Source of the DNA: an uncultured Acidimicrobiales bacterium
GTDB taxonomy: Bacteria > Actinomycetota > Acidimicrobiia > Acidimicrobiales > CAWCAL01
Reading direction: 5' to 3'
Assembly: GCA_963695075.1 (NCBI GenBank)
Contig: CAVOFR010000001.1
Span: 134,724-198,723 of the forward strand
Length of the DNA stretch: 64,000 nt
A program made the translations under genes and the position numbers. Shown here piece by piece: positions 19,161 to 29,223 of this stretch. The first letter of the stretch is position 1, and every line of letters starts with the position of its first letter. The notes beneath the pieces were generated by a model, which saw nothing but the letters and a program-made list of their open reading frames with translations, did not search any database and had not been told where the DNA came from.

Positions 19161-20351
19161 TCAGTCCTTCTTGAGGACGGTCATGCCCATGGCGGCCACG
19201 TCGGCCCAGCCGGACAGGCCACCCTGGTTCTCGGCGAAAGCGATCTTCGGGTCGCCCGGCACCTGGTGGTCACCGCACCGGCCCATCAGCTGCTCGTACA
19301 ACTCGACGACCTGGAGGACCCCGGTGGCGCTCACGGGATGGCCTCGACCGATGAGGCCTCCGCCCGCATTCACCGGCTGTCGCCCGTCGCGGCCCGTGTG
19401 CCCTGCCATGGTGGCCTTGCCCGCCTCGCCCACGCCGTAGAACCCGCACGCCTCGAGGGCCCACAGTTCCTCGAAGGCACACGCGTCGTGGACTTCGATC
19501 ACGTCGACGTCCTCCGGGCCGATGCCGGCCTCTTCCCAGACGTCGTCGGAGAGCTGGGTCATGCGGTCGTGGTCTTCCATCGTCCCGTCACCCGAGAGGA
19601 ACTTCGTCGAGATGATCTTCGGTCGGTCCGGGCACTCGTCATCGCTGATGACGAGTGCCCCCACGCCGTCGCTGAACGCGCTGCACATGGCCATGCGGAG
19701 CGGGTCGGCGATCACCGGGGAGTCCATGACCTCGTCGAAGGTGACCGGCTTGCCGCTGAATCGAGCCTTCGGGTTGATGGCGCCGTTCCCGCGGTTCTTC
19801 ACCGCGACCCATGCGGCCTCTTCCTCGGTGGTGCCCCGCTCGTCGATCTGGTGTCGGGCCCATGACGCATTGATGCCCATGAACACCGAGTTGAACGGGT
19901 TCTGGTTGGCCTCGATCAACTCCTCGCGGAGCCGCTGGTTGACCCCGCCTTCCATCAGGGTCATCAGTCCATCGCCGTGATCGATGTTCCAGATGTCGGA
20001 TTGGACCGTGGTGTACATCTTCTCGGCGCCGATCACGAGCACGGGACCGGATCCGCCGCGCAGGGCCATCGCCCCGACCTCGATGGCGGTGGCCCCTCCG
20101 GCGCAGGCGTTCTCCACGGTGAGGACCGTGGCCCGGCCGTATTCCATCGGATACAGCCATGCGTTGGCGACGACGCCGCCTTGACCGTCCCAGATGCCGC
20201 CGATGTTGCCCATGACGACGACCTCGATGTCGGCCGGCTTCACGCCGGCGTCGTCCATGGCCTCGGTGACCGCGGCCTGCACCAGGTCGTGGCCCCTGGA
20301 CTCGAGTCTCCCCTGATCGCTCATCGCTGCGCCGCGGATCGTCCAGCTCAT
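19161..20351 (-). CDS. thiolase family protein (SCP2/Ltp-like)
   Basis: VENACAGG, EVHDAC, GHP, ENQGG. Confidence 0.88.
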   Translation of the reverse strand: MSWTIRGAAMSDQGRLESRGHDLVQAAVTEAMDDAGVKPADIEVVVMGNIGGIWDGQGGVVANAWLYPMEYGRATVLTVENACAGGATAIEVGAMALRGGSGPVLVIGAEKMYTTVQSDIWNIDHGDGLMTLMEGGVNQRLREELIEANQNPFNSVFMGINASWARHQIDERGTTEEEAAWVAVKNRGNGAINPKARFSGKPVTFDEVMDSPVIADPLRMAMCSAFSDGVGALVISDDECPDRPKIISTKFLSGDGTMEDHDRMTQLSDDVWEEAGIGPEDVDVIEVHDACAFEELWALEACGFYGVGEAGKATMAGHTGRDGRQPVNAGGGLIGRGHPVSATGVLQVVELYEQLMGRCGDHQVPGDPKIAFAENQGGLSGWADVAAMGMTVLKKD

Positions 20352-20452
20352 CTCACTCTTCCCCTCGACCCCGCACTTGCTGAATGTCGTTCAGGAGAAT
20401 AGGAAAGACTCAGCGACGATGTCAGATCGGGACGACCGATACCGTGATCCGC

Positions 20453-20668
20453 ATGCGACGGCGCTCTCCGGTACAGCTCGCCCGTGAGCTATTCGGTGGC
20501 CTACTCATCGGGGTGGGCACGATCTTCCAGCCGAAAGCCCGGCCCGACGACCACTGGTCCAGGAGCCCGAAGGTCGAGATCCGGTCGGAGGAGGTGGTCG
20601 AGGCTCGGCGCCGGATGCCGATGCCGCACCGAATGCGCCGTGGATGCGACGATCACCGGGCCGGTTGA
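20453..20668 (+). CDS. small hypothetical protein
   Basis: TACCGT-N7-ATG leaderless geometry; short hydrophobic stretch; fills the intergenic gap. Confidence 0.45.
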   Translation: MRRRSPVQLARELFGGLLIGVGTIFQPKARPDDHWSRSPKVEIRSEEVVEARRRMPMPHRMRRGCDDHRAG

Positions 20669-20716
20669 GGCAGTATCTCCATTGAGCCGTATCCCGAGAG
20701 CAAAGCAAGGTGACTC

Positions 20717-21049
20717 ATGGTCTTCCTGTGGTTCGTGCGCACCGTGCGTTCGATGTGGAACAAACCCAACAGCCGGATGCTGATCGGGGCCTCGGGATTC
20801 ACGATGCTGATGGGCACCGTGTTCTACCGCTTCGTCGAGGACCTGAGCTGGGTCGACTCGTGGTACTTCACCATCGTCACGCTGACGACGGTCGGCTACG
20901 GGGACATCTACCCCTCGACGACGGCGGGGAGGCTGTTCACGAGCTTCTACCTGCTCGTAGGCGTGGGGCTGATCCTGGCGATGCTCAACGCCGTCGTCGC
21001 CAACGCCGCCGCCGACCGGAAGGAACGACGCGAGCAGAGCGGAGAATGA
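20717..21049 (+). CDS. minimal 2-TM potassium channel (Ion_trans_2)
   Basis: TLTTVGYGD selectivity filter between two TM helices. Confidence 0.92.
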   Translation: MVFLWFVRTVRSMWNKPNSRMLIGASGFTMLMGTVFYRFVEDLSWVDSWYFTIVTLTTVGYGDIYPSTTAGRLFTSFYLLVGVGLILAMLNAVVANAAADRKERREQSGE

Positions 21050-21143
21050 CTCCGGCGGACCGCCGCGCCGCTGCAGCACTCGCCGGGCTCTTGCACGCCG
21101 CCGACTCTCTCCGCCGCTCGGGACGTTCGCCGAGGGGCGATGC

Positions 21144-22316
21144 ATGAGTTCGCCCGAACCGACCGCCGCGGCCGGTCTCTGGCGAGACGCCTGTGCTCGA
21201 CTGGGGGAGATCGGGTCCGAGATCCTCTCGGATCCGATCGTGTCGACCGACCGGGAGCAGGCCGAGGGCATCCGCCACCTCCTCCGTCAGCTCATGTTCA
21301 CCGTCCGGTCCGAGATCGAGTACGCCGACCCTGCCCACCCCACGCTGTTCCGGTTCGATGACGACGTGGTCAAGTGGGGCGGTCCCAACGCCGACAACCA
21401 CTACCTCCGTGCCGCTGTCGACCCAGACCGGACGTACCGGTTCAGCGCGGATGTGACCGGCGTGAACCAGCTGATCCTGAGCCTGCACGAGGGCGACATG
21501 CAGCTGGGCCGGTTCGGGGTCTACGGCGAGCGGTCGTTGGAGCAGCTCCAGGTCGATCCCGACGGAACAGTGACGGTCACGATCTCGCCCGACGAGCACC
21601 CCGGCAACTGGATCCTGAGCGATCCCGCGGCGCGCCTGTTCCTGGTGCGCATCTATGTCTCGGACTGGGGCCGAGACCGGATCCCGGCGCTGGTTCTCGA
21701 GGCGTCGGACCCCGACACCGGGCCCGCTCCGGTGACGCTCGACACGATGGTCGACGGCCTCGACCGGGCCCTGAACTGGATTCGGGACAGCGTCCCGTTC
21801 TGGTTCTCGTACCTCCGGGGTCTGGACGCCGGCGAGCGCAACGAACTCTCGCCGCCGACGGCACCGCCGGGCGGAGCGTCCGACATCGCCTACGGGGGTG
21901 GCCTCTGGCAGCTCGCGGACGACGAGGCGTGGCTCATCGAGTTCGACGCGCCCGACGCCGACTACTGGTCGGTCCAGACGTGCACCTGGCCGTTCTTCGA
22001 GTCCGGTGACCTCGCCCACCAGACCAGCCTCAACCACGAGCAGTCCCACGTCGACGACGACGGCGTCGTCCGCATGATCGTGTCGGCTCGCGATCCCGGC
22101 GTGGCCAACTGGATCGACACGGAAGGTCGCGCTGACGGGCTCATCGTGTACCGGTGGATCTGGGCGCGTTCCCGCCCGGTCCCGGCGGGCCGGGTCATTC
22201 CCGTGTCCGATGCCACCGCCGCGGTGCCCGGCACTCACCCGAGGGTCGGTCCCGCCGCCCGGCTCGACCGGTTGGTCGAACGGCGGCGGGCCGTGCAGCA
22301 GAGGTTCAGTCGATGA
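21144..22316 (+). CDS. DUF1214-like protein
   Basis: WGGPNADNHY, QTSLN, DPGVANWIDT; family typically next to sulfotransferases in actinobacteria. Confidence 0.8.
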   Translation: MSSPEPTAAAGLWRDACARLGEIGSEILSDPIVSTDREQAEGIRHLLRQLMFTVRSEIEYADPAHPTLFRFDDDVVKWGGPNADNHYLRAAVDPDRTYRFSADVTGVNQLILSLHEGDMQLGRFGVYGERSLEQLQVDPDGTVTVTISPDEHPGNWILSDPAARLFLVRIYVSDWGRDRIPALVLEASDPDTGPAPVTLDTMVDGLDRALNWIRDSVPFWFSYLRGLDAGERNELSPPTAPPGGASDIAYGGGLWQLADDEAWLIEFDAPDADYWSVQTCTWPFFESGDLAHQTSLNHEQSHVDDDGVVRMIVSARDPGVANWIDTEGRADGLIVYRWIWARSRPVPAGRVIPVSDATAAVPGTHPRVGPAARLDRLVERRRAVQQRFSR

Positions 22317-23551
22317 CCGTGCGCCCGAGCTGGACCCCGCCCGAACTGCCGACGTGGGCGCGGAAGCTCAACTCGCACGGGACGTCGGTCGGAGGGCCCG
22401 AGCGCCTCGTGGGGTTGGATCGCGACGAGCTGATCGAGACGGCCCGCTCGTCGACAGGGCTGCGGGACTTCGGCGACGACGGATGGCGGTCCCACTTCGA
22501 CGCACTGATGGACTCCATCGACGCCGAGTGCACCCTCCATCTCGTGGGCAGGATGATGCTGCGGGCCGACCTCCTACGCGTGCTCGGAAATCGCCTGGCG
22601 CTCGCCGATGCATGGGTGCAGACGCCGCAGATCCGCGACGAATCGACCGCCGAGCCCCTCTTCGTCGTGGGAGCTGCCCGGTCCGGCACGTCCATCCTCC
22701 ACGAGCTGCTGGCGTTGGATCCCGCCCATCGAGCCCCCCTGGGTCGGGAGGTCCACCACCCGCTGGCGACCGCGGGACCCGAGCATCCAGCCGAGACGGC
22801 CGACGACCTCTGGACGTTCTGGCACGAGGTGCTACCCGACTACGAGGCGATGCACACGAACGGTGGAGACCTGCCGGCCGAGTGCATCTTCATCACCGGC
22901 CACCAGTTCATCTCCGACCAGTGGGCGGGCAACCACACCGTGCCCGCCTACTCGATGCACGTGGCCATGGCCGACCACGCACCGGCATACGCCTACCACC
23001 GGGCATTCCTCCAGACCCTGCAGCACGGACAGCCGACCCGGCGGTGGGTGCTCAAGGCGCCCAGCCACCTGCCGGTCATGGGGGCCCTCTTCGCCGAGTA
23101 TCCCGATGCCCGAATCGTGCACATCCACCGGGACCCCCTGAAGACGGTGCCGTCCACGCTGTCGTTGATGGGAACGCTCCAGGCCATGCGCTGCGAAGGC
23201 GTCGACCTGGCGCCGCTCGCATCGATGCTGCCTGGCGGGATGGCACACATCCAGCGGCAGCTCATCGAGGACCGGGCCAGCGGTGCGGTCCCCGACGCCC
23301 AGTTCCACGACGTTCGCTACTCGGACCTGATCGCCGATCCCGTAGGGTCGGTCTCCGGGATCTACGACCGTTTCTCCTGGGATGCTCCTGTCGACCTGGG
23401 TAAGCGAATCGTGGACTATCTCACGGCCAAGCCGCGTCACTCCCGGGGGGTCCACCCCTACTCGGTCGAGGAGATGGGGCTATCGGCCGAGGAGGAGCGG
23501 GAACGATTCCGGTTCTACACCGACCGGTTCGAGATCCCGACCGAAGGATGA
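22313..23551 (+). CDS. sulfotransferase family protein
   Basis: GAARSGTSILH 5'-PSB loop, WVLKAPSH, HRDP...PS. Confidence 0.9.
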   Translation: MTVRPSWTPPELPTWARKLNSHGTSVGGPERLVGLDRDELIETARSSTGLRDFGDDGWRSHFDALMDSIDAECTLHLVGRMMLRADLLRVLGNRLALADAWVQTPQIRDESTAEPLFVVGAARSGTSILHELLALDPAHRAPLGREVHHPLATAGPEHPAETADDLWTFWHEVLPDYEAMHTNGGDLPAECIFITGHQFISDQWAGNHTVPAYSMHVAMADHAPAYAYHRAFLQTLQHGQPTRRWVLKAPSHLPVMGALFAEYPDARIVHIHRDPLKTVPSTLSLMGTLQAMRCEGVDLAPLASMLPGGMAHIQRQLIEDRASGAVPDAQFHDVRYSDLIADPVGSVSGIYDRFSWDAPVDLGKRIVDYLTAKPRHSRGVHPYSVEEMGLSAEEERERFRFYTDRFEIPTEG

Positions 23552-23607
23552 CGCCTCCTATGATCGCCTGACGGCCGCGGGCCGCAGCAAGACCGAGGGG
23601 GAACACG

Positions 23608-25053
23608 ATGGCACTGCCACCGCACGGATCGCCGACCGACGACGTCCTGGCCGAGCTGGCCGCATTCAAGGACGATGACATCTCGTGGGGTGACGGGAAG
23701 GTGATGACCAACGTCTTCCTCGGCACCGACGAGGGTCGTCGGGTGGCCGAAGAGGCCTACACCATGTTCCTCTGGGAGAACGCTCTGGATCCCACCGCGA
23801 TCGCCAGCCTGCCCCGGCTCGAACGTGAGATCGTGGCCATGGCGAGCGGTCATCTCGGCGGCGACGACGACGTGGTCGGCTCATTCACCAGCGGTGGCAC
23901 CGAGAGCTGCATGCTGGCGGTGAAGACGGCCCGCGACCGGGCCCGCGAGCTCCGGCCCGACATCGCGCGGCCGAAGATCGTCATCCCCGCCACCGGCCAT
24001 CCGGCGTTCCACAAGGGATGCGACTACTTCGGGGTCGACGCGGTCGTCACCGCTGTCGATCCCGAGACGGGTCGCGCCGACGTCGATGCGATCGCCGACG
24101 CCATCGACGACCGGACCGTGCTCGTCGTGGCGTCGGCGTGTTCCTTTCCCCACGGCTCGGTCGACCCCATCCGCGAGATCGGTGAGGTGACGGGACGACG
24201 CGACGTGCTCTTCCACGTCGACGGTTGCATCGGGGGATTCCTGCTGCCGCTCTGGCGCGAGCTCGGCGCCCCGATCACCGACTTCGACTTCACCGTCCCC
24301 GGGGTGACCTCGATGTCGATGGACTTCCACAAGTACGCCCTGTGCGCGAAGGGAGCGTCGATCATCCTGTACCGCGACGCCGAGCTCCGGCGTCACCAGT
24401 TCTTCACCTACTCCGGTTGGCCCGGGTACGTGGTCGTGAACTCCACGATCCAGAGCTCCAAGTCGGGCGGACCGATCGCGGCGGCATGGGCGACGCTGCG
24501 TCACTACGGGATGGACGGGTACGTCGATGTCGCCCGCTCGCTGAAGCAGGGGACCGACCGTGCGATCGAGATCATCGAGTCGATCCCCGAGCTGTACGTC
24601 GTCGGGTCCCCCGAGGTGTGCGTCTTCGCCATGGGCTCCGACTCGGAATCCGTCGACATCCTCGCCGTCTCGGCCGCGATGGAGGCCAAGGGGTGGCACA
24701 TGTACCCCCAGTTGAGCAGCCACGGTCTGCCGGCCAGCCTGCACGTCAGCCTGCTCCCCTGGAACGTCGAGCACATCGAGGAATGGGGGACCGATCTGGT
24801 CGCCGCGGTCGAGCAGGTCGCCGCGAGCGTGGGCGAAGCGGGAGGTCTTGCGGCCATGGTGGCCGAGATCGACGTCGAGAACCTCTCGATCGACGAGATC
24901 GAGGGTCTGATGGACATGGCCGGAATCGACGCCCACGCCCTGGGGGGCGACATGACCGAGGTCAACCATCTCCTCGACGACCTGCCCGCCGACGTGACCG
25001 ACCGCGTCCTGAAGGTCTTCCTCGACCAGCTGACGAAGCCACCGTCCCCGTAG
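23608..25053 (+). CDS. PLP-dependent group II decarboxylase / sphingosine-1-phosphate lyase-like
   Basis: TSGGTES, HPAFHK, HVDGCIGGF, SMDFHKY. Confidence 0.85.
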   Translation: MALPPHGSPTDDVLAELAAFKDDDISWGDGKVMTNVFLGTDEGRRVAEEAYTMFLWENALDPTAIASLPRLEREIVAMASGHLGGDDDVVGSFTSGGTESCMLAVKTARDRARELRPDIARPKIVIPATGHPAFHKGCDYFGVDAVVTAVDPETGRADVDAIADAIDDRTVLVVASACSFPHGSVDPIREIGEVTGRRDVLFHVDGCIGGFLLPLWRELGAPITDFDFTVPGVTSMSMDFHKYALCAKGASIILYRDAELRRHQFFTYSGWPGYVVVNSTIQSSKSGGPIAAAWATLRHYGMDGYVDVARSLKQGTDRAIEIIESIPELYVVGSPEVCVFAMGSDSESVDILAVSAAMEAKGWHMYPQLSSHGLPASLHVSLLPWNVEHIEEWGTDLVAAVEQVAASVGEAGGLAAMVAEIDVENLSIDEIEGLMDMAGIDAHALGGDMTEVNHLLDDLPADVTDRVLKVFLDQLTKPPSP

Positions 25054-25076
25054 ACGACGCCTCAGCCCCGCGGGGT

Positions 25077-25130
25077 CCATTCTGGTCGTTGGATGGCGTC
25101 GCTGAGCGACGGTGAGGGACCAGATTTCGG
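25077..25130 (-). repeat. CCGAAATCTGG-family palindromic repeat, most complete copy
   Basis: Reverse complement reads ccgaaatctggtccctca-ccgtcgc-tca-gcgacg...gaccagaatgg; outer and inner stems; between convergent genes. Confidence 0.75.
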
Positions 25131-25152
25131 ATGGCGGGGGATGGGGGGTGAC

Positions 25153-26172
25153 CTACCAGCCCCGTAGATCCACCGGCCACCGGTCCACGACGGCGGCCTC
25201 GAGCCCGGGGCCGTCGGCGACGTGCAGGACCTCGTGATAGGCGATGGTCGGATCGATGTGAGCGGGATCGACGAGCACACGGTCGCCCGGGGTGAGTCCC
25301 GTCGGGCCGTCGTCCGGCGCGAAGGTGATGTGTTCGTCCGAACAGAACCACACCTCGGCCCCTTCGACGGCCGGTTCGCCGTGGTCCATGCCCAATGCCT
25401 TGAGGCCGCAGTCGGCCACGGCATGGTTCGGGGTGACGTTGAGGACGGTGGCGACCACCCGCAGAGCCAGCTCGAACTCGGGAACCACCCGGAGATAGGC
25501 CGTGTCCGAGAACACGTAGCTGCCGGCCTGGATCTCGGTCGCCACCTCGTTGACGAGATAGGTCCCCGTGCCACCGGCCGACACGACGTCACCGCCCACC
25601 GCGTCGTGGGCGAGCTTCAAGAGGGCCATCGATGCCGAGCATTGTGCGGCGCGGGCGTCGTCGTCGGGATTGCCCACGACGTGACCCTCGTATCCCATCA
25701 CGCCGGCCACCTCGAGCCCGGCCCGGGAAGCCGCTTCGGCGAGCCGGCCGGCCACTTCCGGTTCGCACCCACCTCGCGGTAGGCCGACGTTCACGTCGAT
25801 CAGGATCGTCCGGATACCGGCGCCGGCGGCCGCCGAGATCGTCTCGGCCGAGTCGACCGCCACGGTGACCGGCGCGTCCAGGCCGGCGAGGTGCATCAAC
25901 CGGTCCGGGTCCAGGCACTGGTTGGCCAGGAGGAGATCGGCGCCGACACCCGCCTCGGCCAGCCCGATCAGTTCGCGGGGTGTGGCCGCGCAGAACGTGT
26001 CGTGTCCCACCTCCTGCTGGCGCCGGGCGACCTCGGTGGACTTGTGCGCCTTGACGTGGGGTCGGAGAGACCGGCCCGGCCTGGCTCGGGCCATGGTGGC
26101 GAGGTTGCGCTCGAAAGCCGGTAGATCGACGACGAGCGCAGGCGTGGGGAGTTCGCCGACGTGCACGATCAT
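25153..26172 (-). CDS. DSD1/D-threonine aldolase-like PLP enzyme (alanine racemase fold)
   Basis: TPALVVD, RPHVKAHK, MGYEGH, SAGGTGT, EIQAGSY, SDEH; start may be GTG 26166. Confidence 0.85.
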   Translation of the reverse strand: MIVHVGELPTPALVVDLPAFERNLATMARARPGRSLRPHVKAHKSTEVARRQQEVGHDTFCAATPRELIGLAEAGVGADLLLANQCLDPDRLMHLAGLDAPVTVAVDSAETISAAAGAGIRTILIDVNVGLPRGGCEPEVAGRLAEAASRAGLEVAGVMGYEGHVVGNPDDDARAAQCSASMALLKLAHDAVGGDVVSAGGTGTYLVNEVATEIQAGSYVFSDTAYLRVVPEFELALRVVATVLNVTPNHAVADCGLKALGMDHGEPAVEGAEVWFCSDEHITFAPDDGPTGLTPGDRVLVDPAHIDPTIAYHEVLHVADGPGLEAAVVDRWPVDLRGW

Positions 26173-26251
26173 CGACCTTATCCGGGGCGGCCGCGACGGG
26201 GCCGGGGGCTCAGGGTCGGGCGGCGGACGGGCGGCGTGGCATCATGACGCC

Positions 26252-27637
26252 ATGGGGGACACCACGACCTTTCTCGACCGCCTCGCCGACCGGTTCGAAG
26301 CCGATCAGATCCTGATCGGCGACGACATCAACGAGGACTACACCCACGACGAGGCGGTGACGGTCGAGCCGGTGACGCCGGCGGTGGTCGTGCGGCCCCG
26401 GTCCACGGCCGAGGTGGCCGCTGTCGCCTCGCTCGCCAACGAGCTCGGCGTGCCCGTCACGGCACGGGGAAGTGGTACCGGCCTCTCAGGGGCGGCGGTT
26501 CCCGACGCCAAGGGAATCCTTCTGTCCTTCGAGTGGATGAAGGAGATCCTCGAGATCGACGACGCCAATCACGTAGCCGTCGTGCAGCCCGGCGTGACCC
26601 TGGCCGAGCTGAACGAGGCGCTCGAACCGCACGGCTTGATCTATCCGATCATGCCAGGCGAGGAGTCGGCATCCATCGGCGGCAATGTCGCCACCAACGC
26701 CGGCGGCATGCGGGCGGTCAAATACGGCGTCACCCGGCACCAGGTTCTCGGCCTCGAGGCGGTGCTGGCCGGCGGCGACGTGATCCGATCGGGAGGCAAG
26801 TACGTCAAGGCCACCACCGGCTACGACCTGGGCCAGCTGATCATCGGCTCCGAAGGGACGCTGGCGATCGTGACCGAGATCACCGTGAACGTCGTGCCCC
26901 GCCTGGCCCACAAGGCCACCGTGCTAGCGCCTTTCGCGACGATGGCCGAGATCACGGCCGCCGTGCCGCGGATCCTCGGTGACGGACTCGGCCCCCTCAT
27001 GCTCGAATACGTGGATGCCGTGGCCATGGCGGCGACATCCGAGTCGGCCGGGCTCGATCTCGGGATCCCCGACGAGGTGAAGGAGTCGGCGGCGGCATAC
27101 CTCATCGTCGTGCTCGAGAGCACCTATGCCACGCGTCTGGACGAGGACGTCCAGGCCGTCGGCGAGCTGGTCGTCGAGCTGGGGGCGGTGGACGTCTACG
27201 TGCTGCCGCCATCGGCGGGGGCGGCGGTACTCGACGCTCGGGAGAAGGCGTTCTGGGTCGCCAAGGAGCTGGGGGTGAACGACATCGTCGACGTCGTCGT
27301 GCCCCGCGCCTCGATTCCCGACTACATGGATCGGGTGAGTGAGATCGCGGCTCGCCACGAGGCCTGGGTTGCAGGTGCCGGTCACGCCGGAGACGGGAAC
27401 GTCCACTTCTCGGTGTTTCAGGGAGACGATGAGAAGCGTCACGCCCTGATGACCGAGATCCTGAGTACGGGCATGGAGCTCGGGGGAACGATCTCGGCCG
27501 AACACGGCATCGGGTTGGCCAAGCTGCCCTACCTGATGGCCCTCGAGGACCCGACCAAAGTGGCGCTGATGCGGCGGATCAAGAAGGCATTCGACCCCAA
27601 CGGGATCCTCAACCCCGGGAAGGTGTTCTCGTCATGA
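26252..27637 (+). CDS. FAD-linked oxidase (GlcD / D-2-hydroxyacid dehydrogenase-like)
   Basis: RGSGTGLSG, GGNVATNAGG, GSEGTL, GHAGDGNVH, SAEHGIG, LNPGK. Confidence 0.92.
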   Translation: MGDTTTFLDRLADRFEADQILIGDDINEDYTHDEAVTVEPVTPAVVVRPRSTAEVAAVASLANELGVPVTARGSGTGLSGAAVPDAKGILLSFEWMKEILEIDDANHVAVVQPGVTLAELNEALEPHGLIYPIMPGEESASIGGNVATNAGGMRAVKYGVTRHQVLGLEAVLAGGDVIRSGGKYVKATTGYDLGQLIIGSEGTLAIVTEITVNVVPRLAHKATVLAPFATMAEITAAVPRILGDGLGPLMLEYVDAVAMAATSESAGLDLGIPDEVKESAAAYLIVVLESTYATRLDEDVQAVGELVVELGAVDVYVLPPSAGAAVLDAREKAFWVAKELGVNDIVDVVVPRASIPDYMDRVSEIAARHEAWVAGAGHAGDGNVHFSVFQGDDEKRHALMTEILSTGMELGGTISAEHGIGLAKLPYLMALEDPTKVALMRRIKKAFDPNGILNPGKVFSS

Positions 27638-29208
27638 CGATGAATGGCGCACAGGCGATGATGCGGACACTCGTGCGGTCCGGTGTCGACACGTGCTTCA
27701 TGAACCCGGGTACCTCGGAGATGCACTTCGTGGCTGCGCTCGACGACGTCCCCGAGATGCGAGGCGTGCTCACGCTTTTCGAGGGTGTCGCCAGCGGTGC
27801 CGCGGACGGCTTCGCCCGTATGGCCGACCGGCCGGCATGCACGCTGCTCCACCTCGGGCCGGGGCTCGGCAACGGCATCGCCAATCTGCACAACGCCCGC
27901 CGGGCCCGCACGCCGGTGGTCAACATCGTCGGAGACCACGCCACCTACCACAAGGCGCTCGACGCCCCGCTCGAGTCCGACATCGACGCCCTGGCCGGCA
28001 ACGTGTCGGGATGGGTTCGGTCCTCGAAGCTCGCCTCGGCCGTCGCTCGGGATGCGGCCGACGCCGTGGCCGCGGCGATGGCGCCGCCCGGTCAGGTCGC
28101 GACGCTGATCCTGCCTGCCGACGTCTGCTGGTCGGACGCCGACGGTCCGGTCGATCCCGTCGTTGCGCTCACCCCTTCGGCGGTCGAGGAACGGGCGATC
28201 GACGAGGTGGCGAAGGTCCTCACCGAGAACGCCGGCTCGCCGGGATCGGTCGCTCTCCTCCTCGGGGGCAGCGTCGGCCGCACGCAGGGCCTGGAGGCGG
28301 CCAGCCGGATATGCGGCGCCACGGGTGCCAAGCTCCTGGCCGAGACCTTCCCGACCCGCCTCGAGCGGGGAGCCGGGAGACCGACCGTCGAGCGGCTCGC
28401 CTATCTCGCCGAATTCGCCCAGATGCAGCTCGACGGCGTGAGCCATCTCATCCTCGTCGGGTCGACCGAGCCGGTCTCGTTCTTCGCCTATCCCGGCAAG
28501 GCCGGTCGGCTCTCGCCGGAAGGATGCACGATCCATCGGCTGGCGTCCCCGGCGGACGACCACACCGCAGCGCTGGAAGCGATCGCCGACACGCTCGGTG
28601 CCCCGGCTGATGCGTTCGAGCGCGCCGAGGTGGGCCGACCCGAGGCACCGACGGGCTCACTCACGGCTCAGAGCCTGTGCGCGGCCGTGGGGGCGCTCAT
28701 GCCCGAAGGTGCCATCGTCTCCGACGAGGGCAACACGGCCGGCCTCTTCCTGCCGGGCGCCACAGCCGGAGGCCCACCCCACGACTGGCTGTGCCTTACC
28801 GGTGGTGCCATCGGCCAGGGTATGCCGCTCTCGGTCGGAGCTGCCCTGGCGTGCCCGGACCGGCGGGTGATCAACATCCAGGCCGACGGCTCGGCCATGT
28901 ACACGTTGCAGTCTCTGTGGACCCAGGCTCGCGAGGCCTCGGACGTCACGACGATCATCCTGAACAACGGTTCCTACGCCGTGCTCAACATGGAGCTGGA
29001 CCGGGTCGGAGCCGAGGAGGCCGGCCCACGGGCGAGCGCCATGCTCGACATCTCCGGACCCCGCCTCGACTTCGTCTCGCTGGCGGCGGGCATGGGGGTG
29101 CCGGCAACCCGAGCCGAGACAGCGGACGAGTTCGTCGAACAGCTCGGACGGTCACTCGCCACCGAGGGGCCGACGCTGATCGAAGCCATGGTGCCGGCCG
29201 GGCTCTGA
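27634..29208 (+). CDS. ThDP-dependent enzyme, acetolactate synthase large subunit-like
   Basis: NPGTSEMH, LHLGPG, ADGS...NN ThDP motif. Confidence 0.88.
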   Translation: MTMNGAQAMMRTLVRSGVDTCFMNPGTSEMHFVAALDDVPEMRGVLTLFEGVASGAADGFARMADRPACTLLHLGPGLGNGIANLHNARRARTPVVNIVGDHATYHKALDAPLESDIDALAGNVSGWVRSSKLASAVARDAADAVAAAMAPPGQVATLILPADVCWSDADGPVDPVVALTPSAVEERAIDEVAKVLTENAGSPGSVALLLGGSVGRTQGLEAASRICGATGAKLLAETFPTRLERGAGRPTVERLAYLAEFAQMQLDGVSHLILVGSTEPVSFFAYPGKAGRLSPEGCTIHRLASPADDHTAALEAIADTLGAPADAFERAEVGRPEAPTGSLTAQSLCAAVGALMPEGAIVSDEGNTAGLFLPGATAGGPPHDWLCLTGGAIGQGMPLSVGAALACPDRRVINIQADGSAMYTLQSLWTQAREASDVTTIILNNGSYAVLNMELDRVGAEEAGPRASAMLDISGPRLDFVSLAAGMGVPATRAETADEFVEQLGRSLATEGPTLIEAMVPAGL

Positions 29209-29223
29209 GGTGGCCCACTCCCC

